Origin: Chloroflexota bacterium
GTDB lineage: Bacteria > Chloroflexota > Anaerolineae > Aggregatilineales > J027
DNA: 64,000 nucleotides
Reading direction: 5' to 3'
NCBI GenBank assembly: GCA_016234595.1
Contig: JACRBG010000001.1
Location: 10,810 to 74,809 of the forward strand
The number at the start of each line of letters is the position of its first letter. Positions within the stretch are counted from its first letter, which is position 1. Positions 46,156-55,562 of the stretch are shown here, piece after piece. Both the position numbers and the translations under genes were made by a program. The notes beneath the pieces were generated by a model. That model was not told the origin of the DNA and made no database searches. It saw nothing but the letters and a program-made list of their open reading frames with translations.

Positions 46156-47163
46156 TTGCGAGGCACAATGGATCAACAACACATCTCTGGTTGTCTCATT
46201 GGTATGGCGCTGGGGGATACTCTTGGTGCGGAAACCGAATTTTTGAATATCAAAGGCATCCTCGAAAAATTCCCGCCCTATGGCCCACAAGCCCCTGAAG
46301 GCAACCCGGCTCTCGTTACCGATGATACCCAAATGGCAATTGCGGTTGGTGAGGCTATTATCGCTGCACCTAAGCCGCTTGAACCCAACAGCCTAGCCCA
46401 AGAATTTCGCCGCACTTTTTTGGCATGGTACAACGACCCCGAAAATAATCGCGCCCCCGGCAATACCTGCCTAACTGCTTGCGAAGAAATGTTAGAGGGC
46501 AAATCATGGCTCGAAGCATCACAAATTAGCTCCAAAGGCTGCGGTGCAAATATGCGAGTCATGCCCGTCGGGGTATTGGATGTGGATACGACCACCCGTG
46601 CAGGCATCGCCCAACTGCAAGCTGCCATGACGCATGGACACCCCACCGGACTCGCTGCCGCTGACTTAACCGCCTTCGTGATTGCGGATTTGGGCAATGG
46701 AGGCACACCCCATGATTTACCCAAACGGGTGCGCGACTATGCCCTTTCTCAGCGCGAAGTTTATCATGCCGATTGGCTTGGTGAATTGTGGTATAAAGCG
46801 TTTATGCTGCCGACCCCGCAAGCCTATATCGCACATGGGTGGGATGAATGTCTGGGTGTTTTAGATCGGCTAGATATGGCGCTCGAAAAGATAGATCGGG
46901 AAAGCGACCCCTGTCTAGCAACCGGAGCAGGATGGGTGGCAGAGCAGGCTTTTACAACAGCCCTATTCTGTTTTTTGATGTACCCCGATGACCCGATTGC
47001 AGTGATTCGTCGTACCGCCGTCACAAGTGGGGATTCAGATTCCATTGCGTGTATCGCCGGGGCGTTTGCTGGTGCTTATCATGGCATTGAGGCATGGCCT
47101 ACCGATTGGGTAGAACGGATCGAGTATCGGGATCGGATTTTGGCAATGGTTGAGGCACTTTGA
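46156..47163 (+). CDS. ADP-ribosylglycohydrolase family protein (DraG/ARH-like)
   Basis: 335 aa. N-terminus 'ISGCLIGMALGDTLGAETEF' and C-terminal 'GDSDSIACIAGAFAGAYHG' are the two metal-binding blocks of the family. Confidence 0.8.
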   Translation: MRGTMDQQHISGCLIGMALGDTLGAETEFLNIKGILEKFPPYGPQAPEGNPALVTDDTQMAIAVGEAIIAAPKPLEPNSLAQEFRRTFLAWYNDPENNRAPGNTCLTACEEMLEGKSWLEASQISSKGCGANMRVMPVGVLDVDTTTRAGIAQLQAAMTHGHPTGLAAADLTAFVIADLGNGGTPHDLPKRVRDYALSQREVYHADWLGELWYKAFMLPTPQAYIAHGWDECLGVLDRLDMALEKIDRESDPCLATGAGWVAEQAFTTALFCFLMYPDDPIAVIRRTAVTSGDSDSIACIAGAFAGAYHGIEAWPTDWVERIEYRDRILAMVEAL

Positions 47164-47169
47164 TCTACG

Positions 47170-47625
47170 TTAATCACTGTTGGGCCAAGTAAGTACTGCG
47201 TTAAACGAATCACCAAATCCTGAATAATCAGTCTTGTCCAGCGATATACATTTGACATAAACCCATGCTTCTTTGGATTCATATAATCTAACTCGGTCAA
47301 TCTTAATCCCGCGCAGAGGTACATAGTTTTGCAGTAAAACATCTATTGAATCGGCAATTCTGGCGGACATTTGCATACCACCACTAAAAAACTTCGCCAA
47401 TTCTTCGTGCAGCAAGCCTAATTGGGTTTCCCGATTTTCATTAGGAAGTGCAATATCAAATAAGGGAACAAAAACGCCTTCTTCACAATCCTGCCAACAA
47501 TATAGCCCATCAGTTTGGTTCTGATAAATGACCCCAGAGGGATAAAGGATTATCAGGCCAGCATATTCGAGGCTCCAGAGCAGAATCCTTGGTTTGTTCT
47601 CAGGTGTTTTGGAGCAGTCGGACAT
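47170..47625 (-). CDS. Hypothetical protein
   Basis: 151-aa ORF convergent with the ARH gene. No motif recognised. Confidence 0.35.
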   Translation of the reverse strand: MSDCSKTPENKPRILLWSLEYAGLIILYPSGVIYQNQTDGLYCWQDCEEGVFVPLFDIALPNENRETQLGLLHEELAKFFSGGMQMSARIADSIDVLLQNYVPLRGIKIDRVRLYESKEAWVYVKCISLDKTDYSGFGDSFNAVLTWPNSD

Positions 47626-47706
47626 TTTCGTTTCACCCTCCTAGAGTTTTGCCAAGTCATGTTATTATATCTTTTGATTTAAACCATTTGAGGCAAAGTA
47701 CAAGCT

Positions 47707-48174
47707 ATGATTCGCGTACTCTTCGTCTGTTTAGGGAATATCTGCCGCTCACCGATGGCCGAGGGCGTCTTTCAACACATGGTCAATGAGGCTGGGTTGG
47801 GCGAAAAAATCTTGATAGACTCCGCCGGAACCGCCAGCTATCACGAAGGTGAACAGGCGCACAGTGGCACACGGCGCGTTTTGCAAGAACACGGCATTGA
47901 CTATCGGGGACGGGCGCGTACACTTACCCGCAATGACTTTTACAATTTTGATTACATTTTGGCGATGGACGCCGATAACCTCGCGGATATACACAGCCGA
48001 CAACCATCTGATAGCAAAGCGCATATCAGGCTGTTTTTGGACTATGCACCGGATCAACATGTCCGCGAAGTGCCTGACCCCTACTATAATGGGCGGTTTC
48101 AGGAAGTCTATGAACTAGTATCGGCAGCTTCCCAAGGTTTATTAGCAGAAATACGCAAGACGCACGAATTATAA
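47707..48174 (+). CDS. Low-molecular-weight protein-tyrosine phosphatase
   Basis: 155 aa. P-loop 'VLFVCLGNICRSPMAEGVF' (CX5R) and the downstream Asp loop 'DPYY'. Confidence 0.85.
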   Translation: MIRVLFVCLGNICRSPMAEGVFQHMVNEAGLGEKILIDSAGTASYHEGEQAHSGTRRVLQEHGIDYRGRARTLTRNDFYNFDYILAMDADNLADIHSRQPSDSKAHIRLFLDYAPDQHVREVPDPYYNGRFQEVYELVSAASQGLLAEIRKTHEL

Positions 48175-48184
48175 GGATTGCCCC

Positions 48185-49057
48185 ATGCGCCTGCCCGTGG
48201 GAATAGAAACCACCCTGCGCGATAAATTCAAGATAGAGCCGAAAGACGTGCAGCCTTGCGTCGGTGGCGATATTAACCATGCCGCACAAATCGCCACAGC
48301 AGATGGCCTTCTGTTCATCAAATGGAATGAAAATTCTCTACCGGGTATGTTTACCGCCGAGGTCAATGGGCTAAAAATCCTGCGCGACTCCAAAACCCTG
48401 CGTGTGCCGGAAGTTATTGCAGTACACGAAGCTGAAGGCGACACCCCCGCTTTTCTAGTCTTGGAATGGCTGGAATCAGGGCAGGCGAATCTACAAACCC
48501 CTGAAAAATTTGGGCAAGGACTGGCCGCACTCCATCGTCAAACCGCCCCTCAGCACGGTCTCGACCATGATAATTTTATTGGGTCGCTACCTCAAACCAA
48601 TAAGCAACAGGATTCTTGGGTCACATTTTATGCCGAGCAGCGTATCCGCCCCCAAATGGAAATCGCCCGCCAAAAGGGGATGCTACGACCGGGTCGTGAA
48701 CGGATGTTAGAAGTTTTATTGGCCCATTTACCAAAACTGATTCAGAACGCCCCTGCCAGTTTGCTACATGGCGATTTGTGGGGCGGTAATGTCATGATTC
48801 TCGCCAACCAACAGCCCGCACTAGTTGACCCCGCCGTCTATTATGGCAATCGCGAGGTCGAACTTGCTTTCACTGAGTTATTTGGCGGGTTTGCCAAGCG
48901 TTTTTATGATGCCTATCATGCCACCTATCCGCTTGAACCGGGCTATCCCAGTCGCCGCGCCCTCTATCAACTTTATCCCTTGATGGTGCATATGAATTTA
49001 TTCGGCGGGGGCTATGCTAGTCGTGTCGACTCTATCCTCAGCCAATATGTAGGATAA
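48185..49057 (+). CDS. Fructosamine kinase family protein (protein-kinase-like fold)
   Basis: 290 aa. 'LLHGDLWGGNVM' is the catalytic loop. Overall match to the fructosamine-3-kinase/aminoglycoside phosphotransferase family. Confidence 0.8.
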   Translation: MRLPVGIETTLRDKFKIEPKDVQPCVGGDINHAAQIATADGLLFIKWNENSLPGMFTAEVNGLKILRDSKTLRVPEVIAVHEAEGDTPAFLVLEWLESGQANLQTPEKFGQGLAALHRQTAPQHGLDHDNFIGSLPQTNKQQDSWVTFYAEQRIRPQMEIARQKGMLRPGRERMLEVLLAHLPKLIQNAPASLLHGDLWGGNVMILANQQPALVDPAVYYGNREVELAFTELFGGFAKRFYDAYHATYPLEPGYPSRRALYQLYPLMVHMNLFGGGYASRVDSILSQYVG

Positions 49058-49059
49058 CT

Positions 49060-49992
49060 ATGCCAGATCAACCCACCTGCTCCGTTGTCGTGCCTGTCTA
49101 TAACAGTGAAGCCACCCTCACCCCCTTAATTGAACGTCTCGCTGCTGTTCTGCCGACCCTCGCCAGCCAATATGAGGTTATTTTGGTCAATGATGGTAGC
49201 CGCGATAAAAGCTGGGAGGTAGTGACGAAGCTGACCGAAGCCTATACATGGGCGCATGGCATTAATTTTATGCGGAATTATGGGCAGCATAACGCACTAC
49301 TAGCTGGGATTCGCGCCGCCAGTTTCGACATAATCATCACAATGGATGATGATTTGCAGCACCCCCCTGAAGAAATTCCCAAATTATTGGCGAAGTTGGG
49401 CGAAGGCTACGATGTCGTCTATGGCACACCCCAAGAATACCCGCATGGCATCTGGCGCACCATGGCCTCGCGTGTCACCAAAATCGCCTTACAGGGGGCG
49501 ATGGGGGCTGAAACAGCCAAAAACATCAGTGCCTTTCGCGCTTTCCGCACCCAAATTCGGGATGCCCTAACTAATTTTCAGGGGCCATACGTCTCGATTG
49601 ATGTGCTGTTGACATGGGGGACAACGCGGTTCGCAGCAGCAACGGTACGGCATGAGGAAAGACTGGTTGGTAAATCGAATTACACCTTCCGTAAACTCCT
49701 CCGGCACACGATGAACATGATGACGGGCTTCAGTGCCGTGCCATTGCAATTGGCAAGTCTCATTGGTTTTGTTTTTACCCTATTTGGTCTCTTATTACTG
49801 TTATTTGTCATCGGGCGTTACCTAATCGAGGGTGATAGCGTGCCGGGGTTCCCATTTCTAGCCTCGACCATCGCTATTTTCTCAGGGGCGCAGTTGTTTG
49901 CATTAGGCATCATCGGGGAATATCTGGCCCGGATGCACTTCCGCATGATGGATCGCCCCACCTATGCGGTACGCTCCAAAACATGGGAGTAG
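49060..49992 (+). CDS. GT2-family polyprenyl-phosphate sugar transferase (ArnC/GtrB/DPM1-like) with two C-terminal TM helices
   Basis: 310 aa. 'VVVPVYNSEATL...YEVILVNDGSRD' and 'DDDLQH' are the GT-A DXD blocks. C-terminal hydrophobic hairpin 'LIGFVFTLFGLLLLLFVIG'. Confidence 0.8.
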   Translation: MPDQPTCSVVVPVYNSEATLTPLIERLAAVLPTLASQYEVILVNDGSRDKSWEVVTKLTEAYTWAHGINFMRNYGQHNALLAGIRAASFDIIITMDDDLQHPPEEIPKLLAKLGEGYDVVYGTPQEYPHGIWRTMASRVTKIALQGAMGAETAKNISAFRAFRTQIRDALTNFQGPYVSIDVLLTWGTTRFAAATVRHEERLVGKSNYTFRKLLRHTMNMMTGFSAVPLQLASLIGFVFTLFGLLLLLFVIGRYLIEGDSVPGFPFLASTIAIFSGAQLFALGIIGEYLARMHFRMMDRPTYAVRSKTWE

Positions 49993-50726
49993 GTATGACC
50001 TGTGAGTATTGCCAATTCTTAGACTGGGATTCGGAATTTTTTGGTCGCCGCATCGCCACCATTTTGACTAATCGCCTTAAGCCCGAAGAGTTAGAAATGG
50101 TCTTTGACTGGTGTGCTGCCGAAAAAATTGATTGCCTCTATTTTCTAAGCGATTCGAATGACCGCGATACAGTGCGTTTGGTGGAAGAAAACGCCTTCCG
50201 TTTGATGGATATTCGTCTAACGCTGGAACGGCGCTTTCGGAAAAATCCGCTTGGGCCAGTTTACCCCGATACCCAAATTCGTTTGGCGCAATCCAGCGAT
50301 ATTCCCGATTTACAAGCGATTGCCCGGGTCAGCCATCACGATTCCCGCTTTTTTTATGACCCCCATTTCGCTGATGAGCGCTGTACCCAATTTTATGAAA
50401 CATGGATCGCCAAAAGTTGTGAGGGCTATGCCGATGCCGTCTTGGTGGCCGATGTGGAGGGTCGAGCGGCGGGCTATATCTCTTGTCATCTCGACAATGG
50501 CAGTACAGGTAAAATCGGTTTGTTAGCAGTTAAAGCCGAGGCACAGGGCAATGGCTTTGGTAAGCGCTTAGTAGATGGGGCGCTACGCTGGTTTAGCGAT
50601 CATCAAGTCCATACTGTTTCAGTGGTGACGCAGGGCCGTAACGCCGTCGCCCAATTGCTCTATCAACAATGTGGTTTTTTGACCTCAAATGTCCAACTTT
50701 GGTATCACCGCTGGTTTATAGATTAA
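49983..50726 (+). CDS. WecD-like GNAT acetyltransferase (dTDP-4-amino-4,6-dideoxy-sugar N-acetyltransferase family)
   Basis: 247 aa. 'LDWDSEFFGRRIATI' parallels the WecD N-terminal 'LxWxxAFFG' block, and 'SRFFYDP' and 'GKIGLLAV' parallel the later WecD blocks. The start overlaps the GT2 gene by 10 nt. Confidence 0.6.
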   Translation: MGVGMTCEYCQFLDWDSEFFGRRIATILTNRLKPEELEMVFDWCAAEKIDCLYFLSDSNDRDTVRLVEENAFRLMDIRLTLERRFRKNPLGPVYPDTQIRLAQSSDIPDLQAIARVSHHDSRFFYDPHFADERCTQFYETWIAKSCEGYADAVLVADVEGRAAGYISCHLDNGSTGKIGLLAVKAEAQGNGFGKRLVDGALRWFSDHQVHTVSVVTQGRNAVAQLLYQQCGFLTSNVQLWYHRWFID

Positions 50727-50733
50727 AAAAACT

Positions 50734-51543
50734 ATGTCTCATACTTCGAATCTTGCCACCCCTGATACCAGCTACGACCCTGCCTTTTTTTCGTTATTAT
50801 TCGAGGTCGAAGATCGCCATTTTTGGTTTCGCACGCGCAATCACATCATCCGTCAACTCGTTCAACAAATCGCCCTCGACCTGCCTTTCAATTACCGGGT
50901 TTTAGAGGTCGGCTGTGGAACAGGCAATGTGCTCCGCCAGCTTGAACAAGTTTGTGCAAAAGATAGCGTGATGGGCATGGATTTGTTTTGGGACGGCTTA
51001 CATTATGCCCAGAAGCGTGTCACCTGTCCTTTGATTCAAGGAGATATGCACAATCCCCCATTCGGCGTGAAATTTGATCTCATCGGCCTGTTCGATGTAC
51101 TTGAGCATCTACCCGATGACAGCCAAGTGCTAACTGACCTATATCAAATGTTAGCCCCCGGCGGCAAATTGCTGTTGACCGTACCCGCCCATACCTCCTT
51201 GTGGAGCTATTTTGACGAAGCCTCCCATCATTATCGGCGTTATCAAAAATCCGATTTGCAGCAAAAATTGACCTCCGCCGGTTATGAAATCGAGTACATC
51301 AGCTACTATATGATGAGTATTTTCCCATTGGTGTGGCTAGGACGGCGGCTAGCTTCCCTCGCCAATCAACCAAAAGATCGGCAACTTGCCGATGCCAATG
51401 AAATGGCCTCGCGTGAGCTAAAAATCACCCCCGGTGTGAACGGCCTCTTAACGGCATGGTTGATGCAAGAATCTCGCCTGATTGCAGGCCGTAAACAACT
51501 CCCTATTGGAACTTCACTTTTGGCGATTGCCCGTAAGAAATAA
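50734..51543 (+). CDS. Class-I SAM-dependent methyltransferase
   Basis: 269 aa. Motif I 'VLEVGCGTGNVLRQL' and motif post-I 'DLIGLFDVLEHL'. Confidence 0.7.
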   Translation: MSHTSNLATPDTSYDPAFFSLLFEVEDRHFWFRTRNHIIRQLVQQIALDLPFNYRVLEVGCGTGNVLRQLEQVCAKDSVMGMDLFWDGLHYAQKRVTCPLIQGDMHNPPFGVKFDLIGLFDVLEHLPDDSQVLTDLYQMLAPGGKLLLTVPAHTSLWSYFDEASHHYRRYQKSDLQQKLTSAGYEIEYISYYMMSIFPLVWLGRRLASLANQPKDRQLADANEMASRELKITPGVNGLLTAWLMQESRLIAGRKQLPIGTSLLAIARKK

Positions 51544-51548
51544 AATAT

Positions 51549-52145
51549 ATGCTAAAAAATTTACTGCACCGTATCGTCTCAAACCCTAGCGTCTATGACC
51601 GTTTACAAATCATGGTGGGGTCAAAACAAATCCGCCAACGCTTGAGTACCCATCTACAGCAATTACCACCCCATGCCCTTGTGGTGGATTTAGGGGGAGG
51701 GACAGGCATCAACCATGAGTTATTATCCACCGTATCACGTTATATTTGTTTGGATAACGACCCTGTCAAGCTCAAAGGATTTAGGGAAAAATATCCTACC
51801 GATTTTGGTCTTTTAGGGAATGCAACCCAAGTTCCCCTGCAAAGTCAGTCGGTTGATTTAGTCCTATGTACAGCCGTTTCCCACCATATTCCCAATGAAT
51901 TTTTAACCGCTTTTTTCAGTGAAGCCATGCGTATTCTTAAACCCGATGGCCGTTTCGTGTTTATGGACGCCGTCTGGAACCCCCAACGCCCCATTAGCCG
52001 TTTGTTGTGGCGCTATGATCGTGGTAGTTACCCTCGTCCGCTCGAAACATTACAGGGTCTTTTGGAGCAGCAAGGTAAAATTCTGCACCATGAGAATTTT
52101 TCCATTTATCATACCTATCTGATTGCGGTAGTTGCGCCGAAATAA
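51549..52145 (+). CDS. Class-I SAM-dependent methyltransferase (Methyltransf_11-like)
   Basis: 198 aa. 'VVDLGGGTG' is motif I and 'LKPDGRFVFMD' is motif III. Confidence 0.65.
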   Translation: MLKNLLHRIVSNPSVYDRLQIMVGSKQIRQRLSTHLQQLPPHALVVDLGGGTGINHELLSTVSRYICLDNDPVKLKGFREKYPTDFGLLGNATQVPLQSQSVDLVLCTAVSHHIPNEFLTAFFSEAMRILKPDGRFVFMDAVWNPQRPISRLLWRYDRGSYPRPLETLQGLLEQQGKILHHENFSIYHTYLIAVVAPK

Positions 52146-54362
52146 GTGGAGTCTTGGTTGAGCAAAAAAGCCGAACGCTACGTCCTCGCTTTCATCATCG
52201 TGGGCTATCTCATCCTCGCATGGAGCTATGCTCAAGGGCCACTGTTTGAGCCACCTGATGAAGATTTACATTACGATTACATCCGCGTTTTAGCCAAAGA
52301 CCATATTCTCCCCGATCCCTATCCCGAAAAATGGACTGAATATTTGCAACCCCCCGGTTATTACTTGCTCAATGCCCCGATTCTAGCTTTGCTGCCCGAT
52401 CACGATTTCGAAAGTCGCTATGGGGTCATGCGGAAAAATCCCTATGCGGGCGAATTGATTGACATCCCCCATCAGCAAAATCGCAACCAATATTTGCATG
52501 ACCGCAGCGAGAAATTTCCCTACACTGGCAACGACACGGCCCGCAATGCTCAAGTGCTACGCTGGTTTTCGATTTTCCTATGTTTATTAACTCTCTACTT
52601 CAGTTATCGCATTTTTCAACTGCTGTGGCCGGATGCCCCTTATCGCCGACTACTGGCCCTTGCCATTATTGCCTTTTGGCCGCTCTATTTGCGCATGGCG
52701 GGGGCCATCAACAACGATAATCTGGTCTATTTGGTGGCAACCCTAACGATTTATCTGCTACTGCGACAGGTCAACGATGGCCCATCTCTAAAAATGAGCG
52801 CATGGTTGGGGGTGGTATTGGGTGTGGGGTTGATGACCAAATCCTATACGGGCTTCTTGGCTTTTCCGGTGGGGGCATGGGTCACCACGGATCGTCACAC
52901 ATGGCGCTATGTGCCGCTGATTTTGGCTCTAACTATTGTCATTGGGGGATGGTGGTATGCCCATAATATCATTGTCTACGGCAATCCCACTTTTTACGAC
53001 CACCCCCAACTAGAAGATTGGGCGGTTAAGCCCAACAATGGATTTGATCTCGATTATGCCCTGCATACCTTTCCGCATATTTTCGATCATTTTTGGGCGC
53101 ATTATCACCTCATCGTGCTACACCGACCTCTATACACTGGGTTCTATATCGTTGGGATTCTCAGTATCATTGGGGCACTGGCTAAAACCATACAGTTCGG
53201 CCTAGAAGTCCATCGAAAAAAATGGACACCTGCCCGCTGGATGCAATTGAAACAGGGGCTAATTGTTGGGGGCTTTCTATTGGCGTGGTTCCTAATGATC
53301 TTTTACATCTGCGGAACTATCAAAGTCGGCTATCAAGGACGTTATGCGCTGGGCGCGATGGCAGGTCTTGGGGCTTTGATGTCACTGGGATTGGAAGGTT
53401 GGTTGCCAGCCAAAGCCAAACGGCCCATGGTATTAAGCAGCATCGCCTTTCTCGCGACCCTCTCCTCTGTGATTTTCACAGGCTACTATCGCGCAGCGTT
53501 TACCGTTTTTCCTGCCCCAGACAAAATCGAACACCCTATCGTGTATCGCTATGAAGATACTGTGGAATTGATAGGGGTCAAGGATATTTCAGTGGGAGGG
53601 CAACCGGGCGATGTAGTCGAAATTGAGGCCTATTGGCGGGCATTACATCCTGCCGATAGCGCCAATCTGGTCGTCTCAGTAACCGCTTTTGGCAGCACGG
53701 AACTCCGCAAACACAGCTATCCCGGTGGTGGCAATCTCTTGGCTACCGATTGGCAAGCAGGCGCTGAGTGGACAGAACATTACTATATGGAAATCCCCAA
53801 GGATGTGGAAACTCAAAAAGTCTATCCACTCAGTATTGGGCTATTCGACCTTGTGACAGATTACATCCCGCCTGTCACCGATGCTAATGGGCAAGAAGCG
53901 TTTCCAGTGGTTGGGCGGTTCATTGTGCATGGGACGCCTGTCGCCCAGCCTACCTATCAATATACTTTAGGCCATATCATCGGTCTAACCCCTACCAGTC
54001 TAAAACGCGAGGGCGATGACATTACCCTGTGTGTTGATTGGGTTTCATTGAAAACTACCTCGACCGACTTCCATTACTTTGTACATGTCTACCAAGGGGC
54101 AGACTATTTCACCCAAGCCGACAGTCAGCCGCGTAATGGCGATTATCCAACAGGGGCATGGCTTCCCGGCGAAGTTATCAATGATTGCATGACTATCAAC
54201 ACAGTTGGACTTGCCGCTACCGACTGGTCGGTCAAAATTGGCTTATACGACCCCACCAGCTTGCAACGTCTCCCTATCCGAGATGATGCCGACAACCTTC
54301 TGGCAAATGATTGGCTAAGTCTAGGACTCAGTGCGGACGGCAGTATTACTCAGCAGAATTAG
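52146..54362 (+). CDS. GT-C fold membrane glycosyltransferase (GT39/ArnT/PMT-like) with a C-terminal soluble domain
   Basis: 738 aa with a GTG start. The first extracytoplasmic loop carries 'FEPPDEDLHYDYI', the DE motif of the ArnT/PMT families. About 11 TM helices are followed by a ~280-aa beta-rich C-terminal domain. Confidence 0.6.
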   Translation: MESWLSKKAERYVLAFIIVGYLILAWSYAQGPLFEPPDEDLHYDYIRVLAKDHILPDPYPEKWTEYLQPPGYYLLNAPILALLPDHDFESRYGVMRKNPYAGELIDIPHQQNRNQYLHDRSEKFPYTGNDTARNAQVLRWFSIFLCLLTLYFSYRIFQLLWPDAPYRRLLALAIIAFWPLYLRMAGAINNDNLVYLVATLTIYLLLRQVNDGPSLKMSAWLGVVLGVGLMTKSYTGFLAFPVGAWVTTDRHTWRYVPLILALTIVIGGWWYAHNIIVYGNPTFYDHPQLEDWAVKPNNGFDLDYALHTFPHIFDHFWAHYHLIVLHRPLYTGFYIVGILSIIGALAKTIQFGLEVHRKKWTPARWMQLKQGLIVGGFLLAWFLMIFYICGTIKVGYQGRYALGAMAGLGALMSLGLEGWLPAKAKRPMVLSSIAFLATLSSVIFTGYYRAAFTVFPAPDKIEHPIVYRYEDTVELIGVKDISVGGQPGDVVEIEAYWRALHPADSANLVVSVTAFGSTELRKHSYPGGGNLLATDWQAGAEWTEHYYMEIPKDVETQKVYPLSIGLFDLVTDYIPPVTDANGQEAFPVVGRFIVHGTPVAQPTYQYTLGHIIGLTPTSLKREGDDITLCVDWVSLKTTSTDFHYFVHVYQGADYFTQADSQPRNGDYPTGAWLPGEVINDCMTINTVGLAATDWSVKIGLYDPTSLQRLPIRDDADNLLANDWLSLGLSADGSITQQN

Positions 54363-54367
54363 GGGTG

Positions 54368-55147
54368 TTAAAATTCGTTGGAGATGCGCTTCAAAAAAGC
54401 CACGCTTTGCAGGCGTTGTTCCAATAAATACATGAGGGTGGTATGTAAGACCTGTTCTAATTTGAAGTAGTTTTCGGGGCGCAGCTTGAGGTTTTTGACC
54501 TCAGCCCATGAATAACGGGTAAAGTGCCGCAAAATCTTAAAATCATTCAGTGGTAGACTAATCATATGGGGGTATCCGATGGCATGAGAGGGTGAAACGA
54601 CCCCACCGTCTTCGGCGCTATAAAATTGATCTTCGGGTTGCAATTCTTCCCCGCTGACGGCACATTCAAATAATGAAGGGGCATATCCCATCACATCCAG
54701 CAAGCGTAGTTCAAAATAGCGTGCTGCCAGACGCAAATCTACTTCAGGTTCACACAACCACCCCAGTCCTGCGACCAATAATTCATAGGCACGTGGATTT
54801 TCCTCACTATCCACCGAAAAGCGATCCAGCAGTTCAGCAAATAGATTCGCATAAGCAATTCGGTTCAGATCATCATGTAAAGCTAAAAAGGGTTCAACGA
54901 GATCAATTTGCGTAATAATGTTTAAATTACGCCCTTCGCCAATGACCATCTCCGCGACGGTATAGAGTTCAACATGTCCAGCCGAACGCGCTGTAGGGCG
55001 GCGTGAGCCCTTGGCAATGGCCCGAATTTTGCCATAGTGCGGGGTCAGCAGGGTCAAAAGGCGATCCGCTTCACCAAAGTCGCTGCGACGCAAAATGACC
55101 GCATAGGTCTTAAAGGTGCGGCTACGATCCGTCACGTTCGCTTGCAT
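54368..55147 (-). CDS. recO: DNA repair protein RecO
   Basis: 259 aa. The N-terminal OB-fold region 'KTYAVILRRSDFGEADRLLTLLTPHYGKIRAIAKGSRR' matches the RecO family. It overlaps the upstream cdd gene by 26 nt. Confidence 0.7.
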   Translation of the reverse strand: MQANVTDRSRTFKTYAVILRRSDFGEADRLLTLLTPHYGKIRAIAKGSRRPTARSAGHVELYTVAEMVIGEGRNLNIITQIDLVEPFLALHDDLNRIAYANLFAELLDRFSVDSEENPRAYELLVAGLGWLCEPEVDLRLAARYFELRLLDVMGYAPSLFECAVSGEELQPEDQFYSAEDGGVVSPSHAIGYPHMISLPLNDFKILRHFTRYSWAEVKNLKLRPENYFKLEQVLHTTLMYLLEQRLQSVAFLKRISNEF

Positions 55148-55562
55148 TCACCCGTATTTTATTCAGGTTAGCGGGACCAAAACCTTCGGGCAAAAGCTCA
55201 TGCAGAGGTTTTTGCATCAGCAACGTGCCATCCGCATTGGCAATCAACACCAACATATCGGGATTAAATTCATTGAGTACCTGTCGGCACTCGCCACAGG
55301 GTGTACCCCCATTTTCAGTGACCACCGCCACCGCCTGAAAGGATAAACATCCCTCACTGACCGCCTTGACCACTGCGCTGCGTTCCGCGCAAATGCCCAC
55401 CGGATAGGCCGCATTTTCAACATTGCACCCTGTATAAATCTCACCGTTGTCCCCCAACAAAGCCGCCCCCACGAGGTAATGGCTATAAGGGGCATAGGCC
55501 CGTTGACGAACGGTTTTTGCTTTTTCAATCAATAGCTGAAGGGTTTCGGAAGGAACAGTCAT
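55122..55562 (-). CDS. cdd: Cytidine deaminase
   Basis: 146 aa. Zinc-binding motifs 'CAERSAV' and 'PCGECRQVL'. Confidence 0.85.
   Translation of the reverse strand: MTVPSETLQLLIEKAKTVRQRAYAPYSHYLVGAALLGDNGEIYTGCNVENAAYPVGICAERSAVVKAVSEGCLSFQAVAVVTENGGTPCGECRQVLNEFNPDMLVLIANADGTLLMQKPLHELLPEGFGPANLNKIRVNASERDGS

Noticed and set aside
47626-47706. Sigma70-like promoter (TTGCCA ... TATATC) upstream of the LMW-PTP gene
   Set aside because: The spacer between candidate -35 and -10 hexamers does not fit 16-18 bp in any register I could find, so it is not reported as a feature.
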